This document shows, piece by piece, positions 26,214 through 38,754 of a stretch of DNA of 64,000 nucleotides; position 1 is the first letter of the stretch; every line of letters begins with the position of its first letter. The notes beneath the pieces were generated by a model. The model searched no databases and was not told where the DNA came from. It saw nothing but the letters and a program-made list of their open reading frames with translations. Source of the DNA: Raillietiella orientalis (lineage: Eukaryota); the NCBI GenBank assembly GCA_036172245.1, contig JAYWIR010000016.1:2666001-2730000 (forward strand), given 5' to 3'. Made by a program: the position numbers and the translations under genes.

Positions 26214-29200
26214 TTATTTTCTTTTATTTTTGTTATTCCAATGTCTTTTTTTCGTTTTTTGTGCTTTTTGCATCTTCCGAGGCATCTTCCGGGGCATCTT
26301 TCTCTTATCCTTTTTCATTCTCGCATCCACAACTTTGAACTTCCCTTTGACACCTGGAGGCCGCTTGACCACCTTGGAAGCTTGATTTTTTTTAGTGACT
26401 ACATATGTAACCTGAGGTTTTTTTGGCTCAGCTTTTTTATACAATCTGCAACAGAAATGAGCAACAAGATTCTGGTTACAAATCTGATTACTGTCTAAGA
26501 TGGAAATGCTTTTCCTTTTCAGACATGTCCAAATTCTCAGTAATTGAGGTAGCCTTTTTCTTTAGTTTCTCCAATTTGCGTAATGTTCTTTTCTTTTTCC
26601 TTGCTTTTGCTTGAAGTACCTTCTTTGCTGGACGAGCATTGATCTCTTTCATCTTCTGCTTGTACTCCTCTACTAATTCCTTGGAACCAATTCAAATTAA
26701 GCATCCATGTACAATACGTTGTTTTTCAGTGATACATACTTTTGGAACTGGAACAGGTTTTCTATTGTGCTGCTCCTCATCTTTGCTGAACCAAGAAGGC
26801 AAGTTTTCTTCACCAAACATATAACGGCACCAACCATCGTCAATGATATCACGTCGTCGCTTCCTAGATTGCACCATCAAACTACCCAAGGCCAACCCTT
26901 CCTCATTTAACTTCTGTGAGCAGACACCTGTACACAGATGATGCCAGTTTTCTTAATACCTGCTCACCTTTTTTGGGTGGGGATTCCTCTTCAGAAGAAC
27001 TCTCACTACTGGAGAATTGGTCTTTTTCATCTTCATCTGTATGCATTTGACTGCTATAGCCTTCATCACTTTTAATGCTAACTCCATCCTTAACTTGATC
27101 AACAGACTTTTTCTTGCACTGCTTTTCAAGTTGTTGCAAGTTGTAATCATCATCAAATTCATCTTCAACACCGAAGAAGACATCCTATTTTCCAGTTATG
27201 ACCAGGAATGTTGGAAAACTTCTCACCTTATCAAACCAATGTTCTGCTGCTATGAGTTCCTTTTCATCAATACTATGTGACTGCAAATCAACTAGGAGAG
27301 GATTCTGCTCCTCAGAACAATCAAGTTCTTTGAAATTTTCCATGTCAGCTGCAGAAGTACTGTAATTTGCAAGCCCTCATTCTTAGATATTGAAGTGAAT
27401 GCTTTAATGTACCTTTTTTTTTTAGTTTTTCTCCTGGAGGCAGGTGTAACCTCATCTGAATCATCAAAGGCCTCCATGCATGGGTCATTAACAGAATCTT
27501 TTTCAAAATGAACCCATTTACGCAAAGGCTGTCTAGGAACTACTTCACTTTCTTCTATATCATCTATACATTGCTCTTGTGCATCATCTATTTCCTAAAC
27601 TAGCCTGCTATGCATTCAAAACCTTATTAACAGACCTTTCCACTTTTCAACAGATAAAGAGAGAACAGATCCTTTTCGTTGACTTCGAATTTATCATGAG
27701 GGATGGCCATCTCCAGTTTTCGTTTGGTTAGTAGCTTCTTGCTTTCTTTAAGTATTTTCTTTTTTCTTCTCTTATCGAGCTGTTTTTCTGCAGCCTGGAT
27801 AATCTCAAAATTAAATTTTCTCAGCATGCAAACATACCTTTGCCTCAAAAATACATTCATTTATAGCATCTTCTTCATCTATCTCTGGAGGCATCTCCAC
27901 TTCCTCTAATTTGAACGCCTGCTCTTCCAATTCTCTATGTAACTGTTTTCTCCACACCAGTAGGGTTTTCAAATCCACACGTCCCAAGACTTTGATATCT
28001 TTACAGCATTCCTTGACTTCTGGTGTGGTGACAGGATGATTGGCAATCCAAGAGCGATCCAAATGAATTTCTGAAGCTTGACTTAATAACTCCACATAAT
28101 TAGGCTGTTGTATGAAGTCTGAAGCACTTAAGACATTTCTCACAACAGAGATGCCTTCTGGATATCCTTCAACTTTAGTTTTCGTTTTCGCAGGATGAAG
28201 CAAATTGATTCCTTTCTTGACATTTCCATCCATATCTCGAAAAACAAACTTTGGATCAAGCAGACTTTGATCTATAACAGAAGGGCTTAGGAATCCCAGG
28301 CAAACAGCAAAGATTTCAGCTGATTCAGATCGTGAAGCTTGAGGTTTTGTAACATATACCTAGCAATAAAGTTCACTCTGAATTAAAAATATAAAGATAG
28401 TTTACACCAACATTTCTGAATAGCTTCTCAAAAACTTTGACTAATGACTGATAGTCTTTGGAGCGAAATATTTTGGTAACAAAACAACCATTTTTCACCA
28501 AAACTTGCACAGCCAATTTAAAAGCACTCAAAGTAAGTAAATTTTGCTGATATGCATCATGGAGCCAATTTTGCCCTAGTTAGAAATAGAAAAACTGACT
28601 TTCCAAGCTAATTAAATTCAGTCCCTGTCAACAACCTAATGATAAAAAAGTACATACCCATATTTGCAGCACCATCATGTAAGACAACATCTGCCTTCCA
28701 TGTTTTCAACTCTTCTCTTATATTCTTTAAACATTTTTCGGAAGTTATATCTTCTTGCAAAATGATTGCATTGTGAAGTGGTTTGATTGGCATCAAATCA
28801 ACAGCTAAATGACATGCATGCATTACAAATTATCCTCTATGCTAAAGTCTGTATAATTATGCAGATTTTATTGATTTTTGCAAACTGTACATGTGTTTTA
28901 CAAGGCACAAAATGTATACTACCTATGACAATACTAGCAACAGGCATATACTGTAAAGCAGCTTGGGTCCAACCTCCAGGAGCAGCACACAAGTCTACAA
29001 GAACTTTAGCATTTTGCAGGAATTCAAACTTTCTATTTAGTTGAATCAGCTTAAATGCTGCCCTTGATCTGAAACCTACATCACAATGACACTAATATGG
29101 TTGTGGTGACATGATGGGCATATATGATAATTTACTGGCATATAAACAACGGAAATATGCCACATAAACTCACATAAACACAAACATTGAATCCTGAGAC

Positions 29201-29287
29201 TTAACAAAAAACCAACCACTCACCAGATTCTTTAGCTAATTTGTAAAATCTATCCTTGCGCTGCTTGCCAACTTTCTTCTTCCCCAT
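26214..29287 (-). CDS. FTSJ3: pre-rRNA 2'-O-ribose methyltransferase FTSJ3/Spb1
   Basis: 12 phase-consistent exons: 29287-29224 ([21 protein letters not shown]), 29075-28923 ([14 protein letters not shown]...DLCAAPGGW), 28804-28658 (VDL...[12 protein letters not shown]), 28575-28412 (WLHDAY...[11 protein letters not shown]), 28359-27838 ([14 protein letters not shown]), 27794-27636, 27594-27413, 27359-27227 (NPLLVDL), 27184-26968, 26927-26740 (EGLALG...LPSWF), 26679-26492 (INARPAKKV), 26445-26214 ([19 protein letters not shown]). A probable 5'UTR acceptor lies at 29333-29334. Confidence 0.97.
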
Positions 29288-32200
29288 TCTTGTGAATGAA
29301 AATCCCTTTCCAGTAAGGAGTCCTTATCCCAACTAGAAAAAAATAATTACAGAACAATGCTATTGACTATAGAAATATTTTAAATAATTCCCATCACAAG
29401 GATGATGCAGAAACAGCATTATGTTGGAAAACAATCCTATCTTAGACATTTTGCATGCTGCAAATTTCCAATGTGCTGTTTCTTGTTTTAGATACTCATG
29501 AATCTCGTGCTTTGAAAACAAAATATACAAATTTGATTTGCTATTTTTACAGAGTTACTGGTGTTCCTTGTGAAAAAATAAATTCCTGAAAGTGCTGACA
29601 CCAGTAGTAGCTCTAACAAATACTTTCACTTCAGTTAACCTTGGCTATGGAAGTCAGATTTTTCTGATGCACCACTCCCACAGACAACCTACTACTTAAT
29701 CTATCATTTTTATGAAAAGTCTTGAAACCATTCCTTATCCCTAAGAAATGATACGCGCATTGGATTTTTAATGTCAAGCGCTAATTATTTTCCTCATAGC
29801 GAACTGTAATCCTTTCCGACTGCAATCAGCCTGTTTCATTGGAATATATCTGCATTTATACGGTTGCTTTTCTTTAGTGGATTCATTGTATGATTGTGGT
29901 CGTAGGTTTTGAGAACAAAACCCTGACTGTTCATTTTATTTTAACTCCGGATATGATGATAATTCGGGGCAATTAGAAACAGGTTTAGGATCATTCCCTA
30001 GAAAAACACTAAAACTGTTATTGTTTCGAGATGCTGATAAACTTTTACTATATAACAAATATTTCAGAGATTTGAGATTTTTTGTTTTATTTCGAAAAGC
30101 AAGGTTGAAAGATGCCCTCAACCGTATATGCTTAAGTATACTTGGTTGCTTACTCTTACCTCTTACTTCTCCACAAAAAATACGGATACCGGATAATATT
30201 TTCTATCCTTCGAAAACCTCCATTAGCAAGAGAATCACGTCTGGGCGAACGACAGAACCTTTAACAAATTTTTTCCAAGAATCATTTTACATTAAAGCAA
30301 TGTTTAATTTCTAAACAATGTTGCATATTTTTTCTTGAACTGAAAATAGTTTTACACACGATAATCCACAATCGAATACGTTTAAAACACTAAGATATGA
30401 AACCGATAACAGCATAACAACAACGAAAGGAAAAAAACAAACACGGATTCAACAGTCCACTTTCTGCACCAGCATACGAGCATGGTTCAGGTTACCACAA
30501 GCGAATTTTTCTGAAATTTCTGCAATAAATAAATATACGGGAGATTATTATTGTCACCTCTCGGGAAACAACAAAAGAACACATGATTTAATTACCTGTA
30601 ATAAATTCATCAATGGCAAATAATTAATGGCTTTCATTTCTCCCCTCTTTTTTCCAATTTTTTTTAAATCGGTGAATCATTTTGTTCAAGGCTTACTTCG
30701 GCATTAAGATTCCTATCTTAAAACATCGAAAGTCTTTTTTTTTTCTTTTTTAGTGCGTATTCTTTCTCTTTCACATGTAGGAAAAATGAAGTAATGTAAT
30801 ATTCAAACATTTCATCAAGTGTGGCTAATATGCTTAGTAACACCGATTTCATGTCAACAATAGTAAAGAGAGAATTATCAACGTCTCTTTTACAATACCC
30901 AAATGTGTAGTATCATCAAAGAACTCATAACGGCTAGTATCTGAAGAATTTGTCAATGCATCAGTCGTATCCCATGACAAATTTATTTCATACATTCGGG
31001 AGTACGGATGTACGAGAGTAGTATTATCATAATTTTGGGTTTCATGGAATAATTCTGAATTTGTGCGTGCATCACATCGAAGTAATAGAATTTAGTCGGT
31101 ACCAAAACCTGGGGGCATCTTAAAATATAATATTATCATTGGATTTCAAATAATTGTTAAATCATTATCATAAAAGCACTGCTAGAGCTAATATAAGGAG
31201 TGACACAATAGTATTGTTTTATAAGGAGAAAATCCATTCTCAAAAATACAGCCTACACAAGATTTGACTAAAGCACACTTAGTCAAGTACCAACATTATC
31301 AGTTGCTTCTGAGCATTCGTCATGTGTCCTCCATAGAGCTGTAAGCATGCTAATTGCATTTGTGTCTTTATTTGTAAATTCTATTTCTTGAACTTAATTT
31401 TTATGTGTATGTACTTGGAAATAACGAACTCGATGGGTATCATCTCCATGCTACATGATTTGAAATTAATTTGCAACATTTCATGCTATTTTCATCGGAT
31501 TTTTATGGTTTCCAATGATTCCTTCATCGTGAAACTTACTGTACTTCCTCTGGTGCTCAAAGATTCATTTTTTAGTATGATTATACAGTTATTTTGTTAC
31601 TATCTTTTCTTTTTTCATACATGATTTTTGTTTCTAGTCGTCATGCATCATCGTGTGATTTTTTGTATAAGGCGAGTTTCTGATATTCCCTCCTAGATTT
31701 AACGTCTAATGTAGTATTTACATTCATCAAGCTTTCATCAAAGTTATGTTATGCTATTGAGAGCTTTGTATTTCATATTTTGTATTCCTTACTCGCCAGC
31801 ATCCTCTAGAGGTGTTTAACACATTCACGCACACAAAGACAGTTTTAAAACCTGACGTTTTTGTGATCTTAATTGTGTGTGTTCAGTTGCTTAGTAAAAT
31901 GACTAATGCAGTCGCACAAAAATCAAGTCATCCCAATTTTTCATTCCAAGCATTTTCTCAGTTCAAAGTAGTTTGCTAGAAATTTCATCCCTTTTATATG
32001 TTGCCTTTTATATCCATTCGAAAGTTGTTTGCCAAATCATAGCAGTGCCACTTTTTGTAATACTCACTTCATGAGCTATTCACTATTTATAACTGAAACG
32101 CTCTCATAAATTAAAGAGAGACAAAAAAAATCAAAGTAAAATGGTGGTGACGAAGGCCCCTTGCTCTACACGACACTCGATTTTCTGTCCTGAAAGGTTG

Positions 32201-32744
32201 AGAACACTTGCGTTATATTCGCTCAGTTAACAAGATTATGTCGTTTCGGTGCTAACGATTCTACTTTCTAATTTCATCACTCTAATCGAAAAATCAGATA
32301 AGCCTCCGAGCCTTATATTTTTTTGTGTTTCTGCAGCTGCCTGATTTTATGTCTAAAGAGGCAGTTGCCTGTGATAAATAAAAGCAAATGCTCTCCGAAA
32401 ATGAAAGTGACAGGAAGTATTGCTGCTGTGTTGTATGTTATGACAGTCATCTATTGTCATCAGGGCTTTTATAGAGAAATCAGCTGGAGTGCAGCTTACT
32501 GAGCACTATGATTTCAAACGATACAAGGGTCTTGGCAAAAATTCAAAGTTTCAAGAAATTTCTAGTGAGGTCTAATGCAAAAAACACAGTCTTATACTTG
32601 TGTTGGAAATGCACAGTATATGAGGTCAACATCATTTTCTATGAGTGTGATCGATTGCGATGTATACAAAAACAGAACTTGCACAGAGGTTTCCTTCCAT
32701 TTCCCCCATTTTCGAGTATGCTATAGATGCAATAAAACATGCGT

Positions 32745-32800
32745 ACAAATGTATGTATGTATATATGCATGCATACACACACACGCACACATATACATGA
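32745..32800. repeat. Imperfect (TA)/(CA) microsatellite, alternating purine-pyrimidine tract
   Basis: tgtatgtatgtatatatgcatgcatacacacacacgcacacatatacatg. Confidence 0.7.
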
Positions 32801-33616
32801 CCGTCCATCTGGAGATATGTGAACACTCAAGGTGAATAAAGAAAAAAAAACTATTCGTTTCATATGCGCTGGTGAGAAACTTCTGAAAGTAATTGAAAAG
32901 CAATTAGCAAATGCGTGATGGCTGCCCTTTTCTTGCAACAATGTCGATTCCATTTCTTGCAATAGCAACTCCACTGCAACTAGTTTCCTTCGACTCCTAT
33001 TTTCTAATCTGGTGCTAAAAAACTTCTAATACTGTTTTCCGTACTGTATTTGTGCCCTCCTGAAAGATACCTGTAATGGATGCTTTTCTTAATATGTTCA
33101 AGAATCTGGACTGTAGGCCGACTTCCGAAGGTAAACAAAGCCCAGATAATGTGCAAATAAGAACGGATGAGAACTCCGGAATTACTAAGGTATTTGGATA
33201 ATTTAGTCATCCTGCTATAAAAGAATGAATATAGATGACAGAGGTCTTTGAAGTTTGTAATAAAAGTCTTTTCTTTTTGAAGCTTGTTCATAGAAAGTGG
33301 CCGATCCGTTGCAGGCAAGACGAAAAAACAGATACAGAAATTACGTGCTTCCCCTTTTCCTTTTCGTTTTCATCTTGTGCTCCATGTCGAGGCTTCACAT
33401 AGTCAGTTTGGCTGTTCAGCTGAGTGCCCGGAGAAATCGCTCTTTCTTTGATCATCCTTTTCGACCCTCATGGTATATCCTCTAAGAGGCTCGTGACCGC
33501 CTTTCATTTTATGTTAAGCAGAGCAAACGGAACGGCAATAGTTTGGGAAAAAAAAGGCGCAGAAGGGAAGAGGACGTTTCAGCAAATAATCTAAATAACA
33601 ACTCCGTGTGTCGAAA

Positions 33617-33700
33617 CATATGCATGCATGTGCGTGTGTGTGTACGTTTATATATACACACACACACACACATGTATACGCATACACATGCTGCACACGT
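33617..33700. repeat. (TG)n-(TA)n-(CA)n compound microsatellite forming an imperfect inverted repeat
   Basis: catatgcatgcatgtgcgtgtgtgtgtacgtttatatatacacacacacacacacatgtatacgcatacacatg. Confidence 0.75.
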
Positions 33701-35192
33701 AAACACGATGCAAGTATGAGGCTTTTTTAAAAAAAAAAAACTGCAACAACGTGTTTTGAAACAGTGGATGCTGAAAACTGAAGATCTCCAGATAGGTGTC
33801 TATTGGATCGAAATCCTCATCTCCTTTGGACACCGTTGACTGCGTCCCTCTGCAGCTTTTATCTTCGATGTAGTGACAGAAAGTTCATCATCATGGGGTC
33901 TGTTTCCGTGCTGAGTAAATCAACGAGCTTTAATGGTCATCTTATCGACGACAACCCAGAGCAAAAAAGCAGGGGGAACGTCCGTGTCTCCTTTTTCCGA
34001 AACATGACTTGGTTCCCTTTCAACATTTTTCCTCTTTTTTTTTTTTTTTTTTATCTTTTCTGATCGAATAGACGAAAGACTGAGGATCGACGGCACTGTT
34101 ACGCCGAGTCCAGTTATTTCTCCGACAAATTAAACCGTGCATTTCGGATTTCTTATAAAATTCCAATTTGTTCCGACGCTGATGCCTGGAAGAAGAAGAA
34201 GAAGGCATTTGGTAATGATACTGTGTGGTGATCCAACGGAATTCCTTCCTCTTTCGTTTGCTTCTGTCCCCATCTCATTCGAAGGATGGCTGATGGTGCA
34301 TTGGAACATCAACTTGTCTAATCTTCTACGCCCTCGACAGCTTCCTTAAAAGGGAGCTTGCGAGAAAAACTTCCTCCATAACTGTCAGTTGGAGGTTTTC
34401 ATTAGCTTTGAACTGCCGTGGAGTCTGATTAATGCTTTTCGCATCTTCAAGTCAATACGGGATGCAGATGGCCTGCTGGTTTCACTGACTGGCATCTGAC
34501 CCTTCTCGCGGTCCCAGCGTCGAAAGCTGTTTTGTTTCCACCGTCGGATGCAGAGGCTCGGATTCCTTGTTTCGGTCACGTTCCTTGCACCAAACAGGCG
34601 GCACGGTGTCCAGAGCAGCGCTCTTGATCGAAGCGCAGCAGAAGATTCTGGCATCTTGCTTCAAGCTCCAGGTCCCACGCATCCGAGTCCGCTCTCTGGT
34701 GATTTTGGTTCCTCTGCATTGCTGCATTGGTGCAGCGGCGAAAAAGAACCTCCCACGGGGTTCGATATGAGGTTGTTCGAAGCGTTTCTGCATAGCGCGA
34801 CTGTCTGTTTCGTCGGTTCGAAACAGAAGGACGCTGGTGTGACGCAAGCCTTCCCTCGAGATCCCGAGTCACCACCCCCTGCGGCCAACAGCCCTAGTGC
34901 AAGACCAAGTCCGGGAGGAGTCTGTACCTCTGCGCACAGATCGGCTTCCCGCCCACCCTTTCCAGAAGGGTTGCAGCTCCCACCTTTCCGAACGAAGGAG
35001 ACGCAGCGCTGCGGGCCGACAACCGTGGTCGTTCGGCTTCATTCCGTTCCGCTCTCCGCAGTTGCGCGCGTAAGCAGAAGCTCACACGATGATAAGAACT
35101 TCACGGAACATTCGTTGACTGCTCGCGTTCTCTGTTTGCTTAGCAGCGCGTGATGTCCTGCCCCCAATGATGCCTCGCTTTTTATCCATCAG

Positions 35193-38100
35193 ATATACTC
35201 TCGCTTGCCCGAGATGACTCAGTGCCTGAAAAATATGAAACGTGAAAACGACAGCCTTAAGGCGCAGATGGAACTCATGAAAGCAGGAATTTCCAGAATG
35301 GACGAAGAGAGGGAGAGGCACAAGGAGAGTTTGAGGGCGCTGTCTGCCAGCTACGAAGGCAAGCTGTGTGAGAGTCGCAAGACCATAGAGAAACTGGAGA
35401 CCCAAGTCCAGGAGCACTGCCGCAGGCTCATGTCCATGAAGGACTGCCAGGATCGCTTGTGTTCCGAGGTTCGCCACTGAGTTACTTTGCTGCCGCCAAA
35501 TTCGTCTGCATTGCGACTGGCACCATTCTCTTGCACGATCAAGAAGTGTGTTTCGTTCCTCTTCGCGCTCTCTCTCTTTTTAGATGGAAAAAAGATTGCA
35601 ACTCGACAAGCATTTGATCGAAGTGAAAAAAATGATGGACAGTTTGCCATGGCCTGGTAAACAAGTAAGTCTCTGCATCATTTGCGCATGGGTTTCCTCT
35701 GGCAAAGATGCCCGGAGGCGTTTCCAGAAAACACACACAAGCGCATGCATAGTGGCGAGTTTCCGTAGAAAAGCCCTCTTTGGCGGATGATCTCTGGAAA
35801 CTCGCTCGCTTCGATCCGCCGTATACTTGTCCCCAAAGGTCTCCTCTGGCGAAGAGCACGTCCCATGCTTTGCCGGAAAGAGCCTGCACCCTCTCTTCGG
35901 CATTCCATGACAATTTCCGCACTCCGCTTCCCTCTAAACAGAGGGGACCGCCCTTTCACACAGCCTCCGCTGCTGCTGATGCCGCTCCCAGAAAGAGGCG
36001 CGCACACAAGTTCATTTTGCCATTACAGACCCATCCGGCAACCTCCCATACGATGGAAAGGCGCTGAGAGAGGTGCGTGCGTGCGTTTGTGCGCCAGCAC
36101 CTTAAGCGCCAGCACACATTTCTGAGCCCGTGCGTGCCGCTAAGGGCGAGATTCAGCTTCCCAACTCATTGCCAGGCAACACCTGTCGTCGCTAAAACGC
36201 TTCAGGTAATCCATCGAGCAGCGTGAAGGGTTGTTGTCGTTTTTTCCGGAGATCTGATCCGCGGAGGTCCCGCGACGATTCCTCGGAAGCTGGGAGAGGT
36301 TGAGCAAACCCAGGAATCCTGCGACGGTAACGAATCGGCAGCGCCAAGGTGCGCTCGCGAGGCGGCGTGGGAGGCGCGATTATCGTAGCATTCCCCACGC
36401 TCCCTGCCTGGAGAGGTATCGCTGCGTGCACCTGGGAGCGGGACCATGAAGGAAGCTGCAACCGCTCTGAGCGCTCGGAAAGAACCGCCAACAACCGTCT
36501 GGTGCTGCGGCTTCCGCCGTCGATTCACCTGTCTTTTCCCGTGAACAGACCTCCTGGGATCTGGTTTCCGGAGAATCGAGACTCTTTGAGAGCTAACCAA
36601 GTGCAGGAGGGAACAGGGGGAGAGGTTGAACCGTCTCGATCCGGCGTTGGAAAGAAGGTGGATGGACTCTTGACCTGGTGGTCGTGGCGGCTCCGATCGG
36701 GATCCACCTGTGCGCTCGCCTTCCTTTCGATCTGGGCATTGGCGACCTGCTTCCATCCCTCCCGTTCCTACCTCGCTGCGGCGAGTGATGGCCCCAGCAT
36801 TCCCAGACGGCAGACCGCGACTGGATCCAGAGGGAAGATGTCTAGACGCGATCCTTCCTTTCTTCTCGGCAGGAGGGAAAACGCACCCTCTCGGTTGCCG
36901 CTCGTTTTTAGCGGCGGCGCTCTCTGAAGGGAAGGAACGTCGGGAGTACGCGTTTCTCCAGCCGATGCTCCCTGGAGGAGAGGTCCGGCTCCGAAGGATA
37001 TCTCTGCTTTTTCGGAGCCGCCTCACCCATCGAGCGGGGAAAGAAATCACAACGGCCCCTTCAAGGGAGTTTCTCCGGACCGAGAGTGGAGTCCACTCGC
37101 CTCCTCTCCCCGCTCGCACTTCTCCCACCTCCGGGTACGAAGAAAATCCGTCCTCCTCCTCCTCCTCTCATGTGCCGGGTACAGCCTGGACAACACCTCA
37201 AGCATGCAGGCATCGCATTTTTGCCTCTGCGCGCCGGCGGCGCGAAGGTCGAAGGCTTCCACGTGGACGCGCCAAGGGAGGGAAGGAGGGCGAACCGCTT
37301 CCTACTTTTCCCTCCTCTTCTTTCCTGAAGAACCACAGCCCAAGAGTGCAGTGCGCTAGCACCCCTCCTCCCTTCCTTGCATCTTGAACTGAGCTCGGGG
37401 CCGATCGCCGGGCTTTGGGGAGTCCTCCGGATTCGACTCCCTTGGATTCAGGGAGGATGCTGAGGAGGAGTTCCCAGATTCCGTACCCTCCCCGCCCTCC
37501 ACGTACCCACCCAGGAGTAGGAGCGGCCTAGCAGGATCAGCGTCCTGGGGCTGTCTTCCTATTTCCCAGCCTCCGCCCACATGCCTCGCAGCGGTGAGGC
37601 GGGCTGGGAAGAGCTCGTGGGAGGTGCCCCGCTTCTCCGTAACCAGAGGTGAACCCGAATCGAGCAGCTCGCGTAAGGATCGGGAGAGAGGGGAAGACAG
37701 CTCGGGTTTCGGTTTTCCCTCCCCCGAAGCTCCTGGTCTTCCTCCCCCTCCGGCTGTCGAGCAGGCGACCATCGTCCGAAAGAGCGGTTTTCCTTCACTT
37801 GCGGCGTTGGGCAGAGAGATGCTGATGCCCTTGACCTCGATGACGCTGATGCTAAGAAAGAAAATAATAAGGTCGGCGAGAAAAAGGTGGAGGAAATGGT
37901 TGGGGAAGGACACGGGCCGAACCCCCACGGTTGCACACTGGAAACAAGTAGGTTCAGAGGACCTCTGCAGAATTCTTGTCGCTTCTTCTTCTTCTTCAAG
38001 AGGCTAGTGTACTTCCTCTTCACACATTTCCGGATGTTCGTCAGAGCGGAGGCACCCACCCCTCCCATCCCTTCCTCTTCCCCTACCTTATTACGATCAT

Positions 38101-38754
38101 GGACGTGGAGAGCGTGCCTACCCGTCCGTTCGTGATCGAGCTCGACGTCTTCCGCTACGCGCCCGCTGCCGCACCCTTTGAAGCTCACCGGAAAGAGAGA
38201 CCCTGAAAGTGCAGCTGCTGCTGCCCTCGTCCCCTCTTTACGCTCCTTACCCTCCTCTCTTCCACCTTCCCCTCCCATCCAGAGGTCTCGTGAGGGGTCA
38301 CCATCGGCATTGCTTCCTCCTCCTCCCCGCTCCCCTCTCTTCCCGGGGCAGGAAAATTCCCTTTTCCTCCCTCGGATGGCCGCCACTTGCGAGGGGGTTC
38401 CGCACGAGAGGGTCCAAGAAGCGTCCCCTCTCGGAGACAGTCCGTCCTGCGGCGGCGGCTCCTCCTCATCTTCTCTGCCCGACACAGGAAGAGCAGTCCA
38501 AGAAGAAGCAGGTCAGAAATACCCTGCGCAACTACCAGAACATGCTGTGCGTGCTGGAGAAGAAGAAGAAGAAGCTGCAGAAGGAGATGCTAAGCGTCAT
38601 CCAGGATTCCACGCAGCAGGTAAGGAAGCAACGCTCCCGCTCTCCCTTTCCGACTCCCCCCCAACATCTGCACCAGAACCTCGGCGAGTACATGGACGGC
38701 ATAATCGAAGCCCTGAAGAAGGAGTCCTCCGGCGGGGGTCTCGACCCCACGTAG
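35193..38754 (+). CDS. Uncharacterised multi-exon coiled-coil protein (internal coiled coil, Ser/Pro-rich middle, C-terminal coiled coil); exon set incomplete
   Basis: AG/GT-bounded phase-0 exons 35193-35468 (IYSRLPEMTQCLKNMKRENDSLKAQMELMKAGISRMDEERERHKESL...KTIEKLETQVQEH) and 35584-35664 (MEKRLQLDKHLIEVKKMMDSL); terminal exons 38488-38619 (EEQSKKKQVRNTLRNYQNMLCVLEKKKKKLQKEMLSVIQDSTQQ) and 38677-38754 (NLGEYMDGIIEALKKESSGGGLDPT*); probable low-complexity exons at ~37400-37760 and ~37815-37898 (RDADALDLDDADAKKENNKVGEKKVEEM). Joining all of these into one gene is inferred. Confidence 0.6.

Noticed and set aside
30470..30520. AATTTTTCTG Sm-site-like sequence suggesting an snRNA or SL RNA
   Set aside because: No recognisable snRNA/SL sequence or convincing flanking stem-loops; the motif is common in AT-rich DNA.
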